The position numbers were made by a program, and so were the translations under genes. A DNA stretch of 64,000 bases from Setoptus koraiensis (lineage: Eukaryota > Animalia > Arthropoda), in assembly GCA_048013815.1 (NCBI GenBank), contig CM106586.1, positions 16,368,001 to 16,432,000 of the forward strand. The letters are read 5' to 3'. Positions within the stretch are counted from its first letter, which is position 1. The number at the start of each line of letters is the position of its first letter. Shown here one piece after another: positions 40,501 to 52,064 of the stretch. The notes beneath the pieces are model-generated. The model was not told where the DNA came from. It saw only the letters and a list, made by a program, of their open reading frames with translations, and searched no databases.

Positions 40501-43500
40501 TTGACTTGTGTGCTATTTTCATGCAATCCATCTGACGCAACTAAAGTTAAATAAAACTAATTGAGGCATGTAACGGAGGGGGTTTAATGGATTTGAAATA
40601 AAGGAGGATAATTATAATAAAATATATTAGGTTTTTCATGTCATTCACGCAAGGCGTTTGAAGACAGCTTTCGAAGATCGAGTATTAGTTGAGAATATGA
40701 GTTGAACAGTTCAGAATGAGAGTTAAAATTTAAAGCAAAGTGGTTATAACTAAAGTGGTGTATTGACCGAAACTGAAACATAGCGAGTAAACAAATTGTG
40801 AAAAGGAGGGTCAGATAACCTTTCTATAGCCAATATATCAATATTGACCTGCAGTATCTTTTTGGGTAGATTCTTTTCGTCCCCCTCAACAATAGTAGTT
40901 TGATAGATTGGTCTATCAAAAGTTGGTGGATTGTCGTTGACATCTTTATATTATCAAAGCAAGGAAGATCGATTGAATTATCACTATATTGAATGATTCA
41001 TAGAATTGCTAGCATGATAGAATAGGTTGAGAGTTGTTACCTTTAACTCTTATGACAACTGTTGTGAAGTTTTCATTCAAGTTGTCAGAAGCGACTAGCA
41101 CTAGTTTGTACTAGCATTGAAATAGATAATAGTTGGGTTATATGAGTCGAGTTAGATGAGTTGAGTTAGATGAGTTAAGAATTGATTAGATTAGTTAGGT
41201 TAGAACTTTTCAGCTTGTGAAAGGTGGAATTTATGTTACCTCTTTGCGTAGTTCATAATCGAGTGGTCCCGCAACATAGATGGCTCCTGTTTCATTGTTG
41301 ACTGCAAATGCACCACCACCAATATTACCTTTGGTAATTTCATAGCGCAACTTAGAAGATTCATCTTTGTCTTTAGCCGTTACAGTTATCACAGTATGGT
41401 TTATATCTTCGTCTTCATTTACTTCGGCCTCATATAAAGAACGATCGAAATAAGGAGCGTTGTCATTCTTGTCACCAATACCAATCCTAATGTAGTGGGT
41501 CACTGTAACAAATTAGAAAAGTAATTGAGATTAATGATACACATCAACTAGAAAAAATCCACTCGGAGGAAAAAGTCTGAATAAAGTATCCAGGTACCTG
41601 AGTTGGGAGCCTTGTTTCTTCCTGGATTTATATCGGATGGGGCACCGTCAGTCGCAACAACAGGAATGTTGTATGACTGCCGTTCTTCACGATCGAATTC
41701 TGTTTTTGTGAAGAGCTCGCCTGTTTTTCTATCAACGTCGAAATATTTTGTAGCGTCAAATGCTTCAGGACCTACTTTTCCACGAGGCTTTTCCCAGGGA
41801 GAAATACTGTCTTGTTTTGGTTGTTCCAACTCGTAATAAACGCGATTGTTAGGCGAAGTCCCATCACCATCTATAGCTCGTAATGTTGTAACTTTGGTGC
41901 CAGCAGGCATACCCTCCAGAACTGTTTGTTGTTCTTGCTCGGTAAACCAAGGAATTTCATCATTGACATCAATTATCATAATATGAACGGTACACTCGGA
42001 AGCAAGTTGATGTACTCCATCATTCTCAACACGGACGGTCAAGTTATATGAGGTGACAGATTCATAATCTAAATGCTTGGAAGTTTTGATATCCGCCCAG
42101 AATACAGATCCTTCTTTCCTTGGACTCAAATAGAATGTGCCTTTTTTATTTGTAATTTCTGTTCCACCTTTGAGCAATGTATAATACACAGTTGGGTTGT
42201 CCGGTATACCTGAATGAGCTTTGATGGATATGATAGTATTTCCAATGTTTTCATTTTCTTTCACTCTGACTTCATAGAACGATTGATCCCAACTGGGAGG
42301 GTTCGTACCCATGTCTATAACGCTGATTTTAATAGACACCTGGGCCTTGTTAGGCTGCAAACCTCTGTCCATAGCAATAGCTTCCAGATAATAAGTTTTT
42401 TCAATTAATGCTCTCTTCAGTGTGATCCAACCTGAGTCAGGATTGATTGAAAATGTAGACATTGCAGAGCCTCTACCTTGTAAACTGTAAGTGATAGCAC
42501 CATTGGTGTCCGCGTCTTCATCCGAGGCAGAAACGCGAAGTAATTGAGCACCTACTGGTGTGTCTTGATCAACATTTTCTTGGTACTCCTGTCGATCAAA
42601 TAAAGGTGGATTGTCGTTCGCATCTAGGATTTCAACTTTGAATGAGCACACTCCCTCCATAGGTGGAGTACCACGGTCAACCGCTTTGACTGTTATACTG
42701 ACAAACCTACCATCGTCACCCTCACGATCAAAGACTTTGTTAGATCTGACTTCGCCGGTCAACTCGTCGATAGTGAACTTTGTTCCTTTTTGATTTGGTT
42801 GTTGCACTATAGAATATCTGACCATACCATTATGGCCTTTATCTTGATCGTTTGCTTTGACAGTTATGACACTGGTTCCACTCGCTGCTCCTTCGTAGAT
42901 CTGTGGATTATATTTTTCACAATCCTCAAAAATAGGCTTGTTATCGTTGACGTCTGTGATAAAAACTACAACTAATGCGGAGCTCGTATGAATGATGTTG
43001 TTTCCTTTTTCACAACATTTTCCGTCATCTTTTGCTGTAACATTCAGTTCATACTTGTCTCTGTCTAACTGTATTTGTGCGTTGCTTGATAACCTTATCA
43101 CACCAGTACGCTCATCTATCTGAAACATGGGATGTCTGGGTCCAGGCGCAAATCCGAAGATGATGTTGTCACCGTCTTTGTCACTGGCAACGACTGTTGT
43201 CACAAGTGTTTTAGGCCCAGCATTCTCATCGACGTTAGGTGTATATACATCTTGGCTGAACTTGGGAGCTTCGTCGTTGGTATTTTCCGTGTATATTCTT
43301 ACAGTTGCAGTGCCATTCAACGAGGGAGTACCTTTGTCTCTGGCCCTGACGGTAAGAATGTATGTGTTGTTGACGTCGGCATCTAAACGGCGATTTGTAT
43401 TAATATTGCCGTTTTTGTCTATAATAAATTCGCTTCGATCTATTTCATATTCTATTTCCGCATTTTTACCACTGTCTGCGTCGGTGGCTGATATGTGATA

Positions 43501-44304
43501 GATATAACTACCTGGTTTGATGTCTTCTAGGATACCATAGATTTGATAATCTGGGCGTTCAAACTTCGGTGCGTTGTCATTCACGTCCGTAATTTGAATA
43601 GAGAGATCGACACCAGAGGTAAAGCCCCCTGTCTCTTCAGTGGCGTTAACTCTGAGATTGTAAAATCTTGGTTGTCTAGAATCTTCGAAGTCTAATTCTT
43701 TGGCTAATCTGACTATGCCAGTCATTTGATCTATGACAAATGTGCCCGTTCCTTTGCCCTTGGTTTGTAAGGAGTAATGAATAGTTTCTCCTTTGAACGA
43801 TTGAGCTTGAACTCTAGTAACTTCTTGATCTTTTTCATGATTTTCTGGTATAACTTGGGTGTATTTTTCAAGAAGGAACTGTGGCGGCCTGCGGCCGCCC
43901 ATAATGGACAATCTGTGTTCTGGCGTCGACGCATAAGTCCTATCTCCAGTTGGTTTACTGTGATCTTCTGCTTTGACATAGATGACATATTCTTTATCTA
44001 ATTGAAATGGATCGGTGCCTTTAGTTCTAACATCTCCGGTGCGCTCGTCCACCTCGAATCGGCCCCCGGTTCTGTCGCGCACTAGAGAATAGTAGATATT
44101 GTGATTGATTGGTTCTTTAGTTCTGGCTTGCAATTTGAATACATGATGACCTGGCGGTGCCTTTACTGGTACGATTGCCTCGAATGACACAGGTCGATTT
44201 ATGAAATAAATAGAATCCTCCAATTTGACTAATGGCAATATCATTAGTGCTGTTATGGATGTCAACATAAATATTATGTTGTAATAAGTCGGCGGTAGGA
44301 ACAT
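34530..44304 (-). CDS. CadN: N-cadherin (type III classical cadherin), ~2630 aa; constitutive exons 44304-41598, 41502-41240, 40237-36445, 36355-36169, 35056-34530, plus two mutually exclusive clusters
   Basis: EC repeats nearly colinear with Drosophila CadN (RDRTGGRFEVDER, YTPNVDENAGP, QQPNQKGTKF, TAVCCLDRE), then NC/EGF/LamG domains, TM, and a cytoplasmic tail with p120 (YDDEGGGEDD) and beta-catenin (YAYEGCGSTAGSLSSL...WGPRFQKLA) motifs. Exon sum is divisible by 3 with either alternative. Confidence 0.95.
35209..35477 (-). CDS. CadN: CadN alternative exon B of cluster 2
   Basis: CPPGLKRAPEYIAPLCIDHNECTDKSCGNGGVCHNIDYGGGFYCDCPSPENRICSNCTC...NAIMAILICILIS; 269 nt, same phases as exon A. Confidence 0.88.
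35740..35978 (-). CDS. CadN: CadN alternative exon A of cluster 2 (like fly exon 18; EGF plus first half of TM)
   Basis: CPTGWIPTDDGNCTDDNECLNDPCSNGGQCLNLEDGRGFYCECPVEYVGDLC...GIIAVILVNVI; 239 nt, phase 2 in, phase 1 out. Confidence 0.88.
40398..40556 (-). CDS. CadN: CadN alternative exon B of cluster 1
   Basis: ag|FYLTLVASDGLHENSTQVKISIKDVNDLPPKFEKQTYVTSIQEQNRTPLLILK|gtaaaa; 159 nt, phase 0/0, paralogous to cassette A. Confidence 0.85.
40849..41110 (-). CDS. CadN: CadN alternative cassette A of cluster 1 (like fly exon 13), split into exons 41110-41041 and 40943-40849
   Basis: YKLVLVASDNLNENFTTVVIRVK/DVNDNPPTFDRPIYQTTIVEGDEKNLPKKILQ; 165 nt, phase 0 at both ends. Confidence 0.85.
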
Positions 44305-47300
44305 GGCTAGTGGAGTATTCTTTTCTCTTCATTAATAATAATAATTTTCTCTTATTATCGTCATTAATCATTTCTCTTTCATACTATGAATGATTATAAG
44401 TTGTCTGGGTGTCAATAACACAGCTGTATAACTCGGCGGTAGAGTTTGTTGATAAAGCGTTATAAGTTGTCAAGAATCAAACGTTGTTTGGTGGTAGTGT
44501 GGTGTCTTGGCAGATTGATTCTTCTTAGATTCGCTCTTGAAATGCTGAGTTGACAGAACGCACACTTATTTGCTTGGTGTATGTATGATAAACAAATTTA
44601 CATATGTACTAATTGCAAATGCTAATAATTGCTGATAATAATCAGTGCTATAATAATAATAATGTTTTTTTATCTATTGTCATCCGTTTGCGGCAACACT
44701 AACAGTAGAATAATGGATCTATCATGATTGTCCATCCTTGCATGATATGCGCTGAAGTGGCGAAATTAATGACTCCTGAGAACATCCTTTGATATTTGTG
44801 TCTAATTAAATATGTGTAGATGGTTGCAGCAGATAATGATAATGGCAACAATATATTGCTAATGCAAATGTCACTGGTAGTGATCTGAGCAGTGATTGGT
44901 AATGGTCTGCGTGTCAATGTTTATATTGTAATAAATGTGCATATATGTGTGAGATGGTAGAAAAATATCTTTGTTTTGTCTTGATCGCGGCGGTGTTAAT
45001 TGTTGTCTCTTGTTCGACGTGTCCGATCAATTTGTACAAAAATATTGTCCTTGTCGACGTATAATGTACATTTACAGGAATAGTAATAGTATTAATAATA
45101 ATGATAACGCAATGGTAATGATAAATATAGATGTCTATTCGTCTACACGCCAATCTACGAGACGACAAACAGCTATTCTAACTGATGCGATGATGATGGC
45201 CACAGGCTGAGTCGTTATCGTGGCCGTAAATGTCTATTAGCTATTGCAAGGCTTCTGATTCGAAAGAGCTCTTGTGTGTGTGTGTGTGTGTAAGTTCGTT
45301 GATGCTGGTGCTGCTGCAGCTTTATTTTTGGTTTAGCGACCGCAATTCCCTGTGAGCTAGCTCAAGTGCTGCCACTGCTCAGTTCAGTCGTTCTATTTGA
45401 GTTCGCTAGAAGTTCGTTCGCTTCATTATCATCATCATCACCATGAGACCGTCATTTTACTGGTCATAGTCGTCCGGCGCTATGGGATGCGCTGCCATTT
45501 GTTAGTGGTGCGCTGCTATGAGTCGGGGGAAACAACAGAGCCGCGCTGTCTATGTGTAGCACTCACCACGAGGGGCAAGCAACAAACTCTCATCGGTCAG
45601 TTTGAGTCAGAGAGTGCGTGTATGGGGTTGCCCCTTGTCGTCGTCGTCGTCATTGTTGTTTCTGTACAGTTGTAAATAGTTTCGCGCATTCAATTGCGAG
45701 TGCCGTTGCATATCGCATCCTCTGCACTGAATTCGCACAAACTCCAGCTCTGTGCACCATTTGCTTTAAAAAATCTCTACGCACGGTTAGCCAGTGTATA
45801 GGAGTTCCACGAATGAAGCAATGCAACGAAAAGATTCGATCAAGATGTTGCCGTACGCGACTCAACGCCCAGCTTCCCCTAGTTCTTCTGTGCTTGAATT
45901 ACTGTGCACACATTGTGCGCTGCACAAATATTTCATCAGACTCTAGTGTGCTTCGTTGATCACGTTGTGGCAGCCTATCGCACAGTACCACTGCGTTTCG
46001 CACTATTCTTGTGGCGCTCATTTCGAAAGCAGAAAAAAATTCAACGAATTTCCACGAATTTGGCAAGGCACTTGCCAAGCTCGCCAGCGTCGGCATGAAT
46101 CGTTTTATATTTTCCCACAGATGCACAACACAAAAATACACATTTAGATGAATCATAGCTGTGAATCATTGCGATGCTATGTCGCCTTGATCGCATATCA
46201 ATTATGTTTTTATCATGAACGATTACATCATGTAACGATACTCCTCTAGTAAATGATAAACCAATGATGGCAACTTAATTACTTATCGGGCCGGAGCATC
46301 TCTTGGCGATTGTATGTATGGCTCATCATTATGTACGAATTAGTCAGAGCGACTAGTTAGACTAATCTCAATGGAAGTTTAAAGTAGTTAGTCTCGCATT
46401 TGCTCAAGCTCAAGCAACCTTATAACACATGTATTCAGTGTTGGGTTTAACCCGAGTCTCATATTTGTTCCAAGCGATTCACTTTTTTTTCACTACGCTT
46501 ATGTCATTTTGCATGCCGTAAACAAACTCTACTCTAGCAATTGCACTTATCATATTTCTAAACACATCAACGACAACAACAGTGTTCTCATCATATTTTA
46601 CATGTATGGGCAAGCCCTTGGACCTTTCTAGAGGCAACAAGTGCACTTTGCATCAGTTTTTGTCCTTTTATTCTGTTCAATATCGAATAACCCGCTGTTC
46701 ATATGATCATCGTGTTCGATATGATAAATTATTCCAGCAACTATGGCTGAAGAGCTTTCGTCTTCTCTTTGTACACTGTCTATAACAGGTCACGCAGGAA
46801 GTAGTCTACGATACACCATATATGTTGACCGGCTTGAGTCAGTTTAGTTAGCCGAAAGCGTAGAGGTGTTGAGTATCATCACAAAGTAATCATATTAACG
46901 GGAAAGAAGTGTAACTAATAATAGCAAGTAAAAATTGAAATGACTAGGCCGGCTGAAACCGGGACGTACCGTGTATACTGTATATTGCGCACTAGTCGGA
47001 ATAGTTTTCCCCAAAAGGAATCAACTATTGTTGTTTAGTACAAGTTACTAAATGGAAATATTGGCGAAATGATGATCTCGCGAAAATAAATTCATATTGT
47101 TGTTGTATTTTGATAAAGCTAGTAATATTATTGGTTGATTATAATATTAGCTAAACAAAAAATGTTTAGGTTACTATGACCATAAGCTTATGTAAATAAT
47201 AATATTTTGCGAGTTGCAAAGCGACAAGCAGAGGGAATATAGTTGATGCCAATTGATGGCTTCCTTCCTTATTTGAGATGGCACGACACTCTCACTAGTC

Positions 47301-48139
47301 GTGTTTCGCTTTATACCCCTGCAAATAAAACAACATAACCTAATGTCTGATGACAATAGTGGCACACAATATTGGAAAACGTTGCCGTATACCTAGCAAA
47401 GCAATGAATGGCTACAACAAACAAGAGACTAACTAACAATTCTGTATTTGACCCATGAGTGCATTATAAGTAAACTAACTTTTTTCGCATACAGCCAGAG
47501 TTTGATCAATTGAATTCGCGCAGATGTATAAATCATCAAGGATGTCGATAAAACTACTACAACGTCGGATGCCAGTGTAAGCGTATGTTTGTGTTGATGC
47601 TTACAACTAAAACAACACTGCCCTGTCGTATATTATGCACTATAGTAGATATAAATTATATATAATATAATAATAGAGACGGAATTTGTCATATCTCTTA
47701 CTCTTGTTACTGTTCGCTGTGACTCATGCGCGTTTCTGTGTTTTCATGTAATACCATGACTGTGTCAGCTAGCTTAGCTGTGGGTCGTCCGAAATGAGTG
47801 ACTCGCATGATGGAACTGTAATGTACAGTTCAATCATCTAATTGATTATATCAGGTATTTAGTCTGGGAATGAGGGTAAAACTGCAACTAATACATCCAC
47901 ACATTGCAGCCACAATATCAATCGAATATAGCAATGACAACCCCACGTCGCGCCACCATACATGCAATTCTATTTTTATATATATATAACTCAAAGCAAC
48001 TAATTGTAATAGTGGCCACTAATAGATTTCTCAGCTTGAGCTGATTCTCTCTAATGGATTGTTCTCTACCGTTCATTATTGCCATCATCTATTCATCAGT
48101 GTGCACTATGAGACGTTGCCATGTTGCGATTGATGAAGC

Positions 48140-48141
<2 letters not shown>

Positions 48142-48230
<89 letters not shown>
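48142..48230. repeat. (TC)n microsatellite, ~44 units
   Basis: Read directly from the sequence. Confidence 0.97.
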
Positions 48231-48232
<2 letters not shown>

Positions 48233-49901
48233 CCATGTCAGTCAGTCATGGTTCAACTACTGACTGCCACCGGTGATATCGCCCTCAGAGAGGAAACTGC
48301 ATACGGCACACGTATATATGCAGGAATCGAAAATTAATCTAGCCACACATAGAAGCAGCAGGTGCACTGGTCCAACAATTGATCTCGTGCCGTCCGATCG
48401 CCATGATGTGCCCTCCAAGCATGAACTTGAACAATGAATTTGTGGCCATTTATTCATTTGGCCGACAAAAAGAACGAATGACACGGTGCCAGTTTAGAAG
48501 CGACTTGTTTGCGCGAGCTTCTGTTGTTGGCGCAACGATAGCTTGCGCCATAGACACAATCAAAAGTTTCAATCAATTTTCGTCTAGATCAACGATGCTG
48601 CAGCAGCGATAAACATTGTTTTATCAGAGAGAATCATAAATCACCTCACAGTGCACCATTCTCTACATGGGCTCACTCACAGCAGCACAACTGTGAGACT
48701 TGCGTCGTTTGGCGAGGTCAATGATTGTGGGCCATTCGCAAGTACGAAGCAGCAGCAGCATCTCATGACCGCCGACAATTGCCTAGCAAGGGAGCAAAGT
48801 CTGTAGAAGTCTGCAGTAGATGTCAATCTCGCATGCATTAGGCAGCCACCTGTGGAGCTTGTGGCGCAACTCACTGCAGAATTAAGCTGCTGATTGTTTG
48901 CAAACTCGCTAGGGCCTTGTTTCCACTGTCAGACAGTTGTGAACAATGTGAGAGACAGCGCTCAAGTCTTGCGGATTAAAAGCAAACAGCCCTAAAGAGT
49001 AAGCCCTTACAAAGTTGCAATCAACAAAACAGTCTGCTCGCTGTCTTTGAACTGTCTCGTTTGGCTTGCCAGCCAAAGGCACGGTGTCATTACACTAGTG
49101 CGACAGTGTCAACCATAACTGTCGTCGAGGCTTTGTTTCGATCCATTTAATCAAGCCAGATTCTAATTGTAATTCATCATCGCTGCGAACAATCTAACAG
49201 CAACGAGACAACTGAGAGAAAGAGAATAAAACCACTCTACCTTTGTTTCCTTGCCCTGTGTCCGACAAAATCGAGCGAACGATCTGCTTGTGAGGCAGTC
49301 ACGATGAGTCTATAGTTGCGAATGTTAGCAGATTGCTGAAACCGGTTAAACACGTTGTCATTGCATATTGCCTTGAAGTAGTTTGTTATCGGCATGGCTA
49401 GCCTTCACTTGGTCACCTATCATCGACCTATCTGTGCCTATCATCCAGTGAGAACTGCAATGTATTTTTTCTCCTCTATTTCCAAAAAACACACGCAAAC
49501 GCTCGCAGCTCGCTCGCCAGTTGCTATTATTCCGTAAAGCTGAAAAGCTAACAAGTAAGTGGCTCTGGCACTAGAATTAATTTACCCATACAACCATCGC
49601 CAATTCTGTCCATAATGTATAATGCATATGGCCGTGGTGAGTTAAATAGTAATTTTCTTCTTTTTCATCATATTTCTTTCAGCGTGAACGGCGCGGCACA
49701 AACAATAAACAATTAATATTAAATGAGTTGGTTTTCGGCACTACTGGCAGTAGTAGTCTACTGCATCCACAACCAACCACAGTCCACAGTGGACTTGATA
49801 GTGGATAGTCATCCACTATCAAGCTAGCACATATATACAGTAGTGTGCGGGAGGAACAAAAGGCCTACACACATTTCATGTATAAGTCTACTCATTATCA
49901 T

Positions 49902-50016
<115 letters not shown>

Positions 50017-50240
50017 CATGGAGAGATTTGTTTTGATAGATGGACACCGAGTGAGAGGTTTCGTTTCTTAAAAGCAACTATTCGCACCATTCGTAATTGT
50101 TTTCGCGGACCTTATATGATTTAATAGGAAACACACATATTGATCGGAGATTCCTGTTCTTGCTCTATCATCATATTATACATGATTCATATAACATATA
50201 CAGTGGTGTCTAGCAATTATAAGGTGGCTTTGCTTGAATC

Positions 50241-50490
50241 TAGTGACGGGGGAGGAGGAGAACCCATTTCCGGCCCGGGATACACTCTCCGCGGGACGAT
50301 TCTCCCGAGTAAGCGCCCCTAGTCTTTATCTTCCATTTTCCGATATACAAAAGAAAAAGTGAGAAAAACGGAGGAAATGGGAACAGGAGAGATGAGGAAA
50401 CGAGAGGAGCTCTCGTAAAAAATATCTTCGGGGAAGAAATGCCCTTGAACGGGACCGGTCCCGCCTTCCCCATCTCCACCCATCACTCTA
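50241..50490. mobile_element. Putative hAT-type MITE (250 bp)
   Basis: Identical 8-bp direct repeats CTTGAATC at 50233-50240 and 50491-50498. Imperfect TIRs TAGTGACGGGGGAG / TAGAGTGATGGGTGGAG, both fitting the hAT YARNG terminus. No transposase. Confidence 0.58.
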
Positions 50491-50796
50491 CTTGAATCTG
50501 AGAACTTCTTTTGTTCTTTGCTAAATAATAACAGCCTGCTACAAAGGTAATCCCCCTTTGATCTTGTCCATGCCGGGCTCTGCTACAAACAATAGTAATA
50601 TACAAGTAATGTACAAGTGGGAATTCACAAGTATGGTTGATGTGGGGCCTCTCTCTTTCTCTCTGTATTTCGTTTAGTAAATACGTTCTGCGCTATGTGC
50701 TATATTGTTTTTGTTGTTGTTTTGCTTCCTTGATTACTAGTAGCTCAACTACATGGGTGTACATAATTTATTTAATGGGCATGGATGGTAATGCTA

Positions 50797-51117
50797 TTAT
50801 AAATAGAAAATCAAAAATATTAAAACGATTACTACGACAGCCAATATGAGCATCATCTTCATGTCCTTCCACCAGTATTTTCGTTTCAATTTGCCTGCTT
50901 GTTGCTCGAATTGTGAGGCTCCTTGCTGTAGAGCGTCCGCCCTGTCATCTAATTCTGACAGTTTCTGGTCTCTCTCGAGCACTTTCTCAACATTGGTCCT
51001 CATAATACCAACCACCTCGTCAACTTGTGCCTGCGTCTGCTGTAATTTCTTCGAGGCTGCCTGTCTCTGTTGGGCATTGGCCTGTTCCATACTGCTTGGT
51101 TGCTGATTGGAGCTCAT
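50797..51117 (-). CDS. Synaptobrevin/VAMP R-SNARE, copy 1
   Basis: [61 protein letters not shown] followed by a TM helix. Confidence 0.96.
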   Translation of the reverse strand: MSSNQQPSSMEQANAQQRQAASKKLQQTQAQVDEVVGIMRTNVEKVLERDQKLSELDDRADALQQGASQFEQQAGKLKRKYWWKDMKMMLILAVVVIVLIFLIFYL

Positions 51118-52064
51118 GTTTGCTTGAGTTGAGTTGTAGAGCTGAAAAAGGGGTTCTGATTATCGGTATTAAACAGTTGGATTATGCTGTCGTCACTCAA
51201 AAGGATTGCTTCGCTTTCTTTGTGGTTCCTTGGAAAATATCTTGATATGATGCACACAAACAAACACACGCACACATACAAACATTGACAGATGATTTAT
51301 GACTCCATACTGACGTTGATACAATTGACGTTATATTGATGTTCGAACTAGATAAAGTTGATGAATAACAACAATCAAATCATGATAATGACATGTATAT
51401 TGACATTGTATACCACAAACATGAATATATATCAGTCAAACAAAAATAGTGCAAAAACATCAGCCTGAATGCGTAAATTTCGGCCGGCAGCAAAGGCGCG
51501 AAGTACAAATTTTTTGTAAAAAAAAATGCCTGAAAATGCACATATTCATGAATATTCAACTGCATACTCATCATTCTGGAATCAAGCGCTTTGTCTCTAT
51601 TACTCATCGCACTCTCATGGCGGCCATTTGCTATTGTTGCTGTTACGCTATGAAAGCGACCATATGAGTCAGATGTAATGGGATAACTTGTTTTTGACTC
51701 CAGCTTCTACTCGTTTACATCATCATGTACCTGTATAACTTTTACATTGGTATACGTTAAGATTTTGTTACTCTTCAGTAAACTATCGGTTGTATGGTGG
51801 AAGTGAACCACTACAAACTAGTTATGCGGACTTGGCACGTCTGCTTCTCCATCTGGGCTGTGTCTACGGTACCAAACTAGATGGCAACATTGGTCGGATT
51901 TCAGGCGGTCACATTTAAACTTTTTCTAGATGGATAACAAAAACAAATGTGGATGCAAAATCTGCTGTATTTAATACGGACATTAGACTGGACCGCACGT
52001 CTCGGATATCTAGAGGATCTATATAATAACTATTGTAGAATACCGTCATCGAAAAACAAGCCAG

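Noticed and set aside
42200-42420. A third mutually exclusive pair equivalent to fly CadN exon 7a/7b
   Set aside because: This segment lies inside the uninterrupted 2.7-kb exon; no duplicate exon present.
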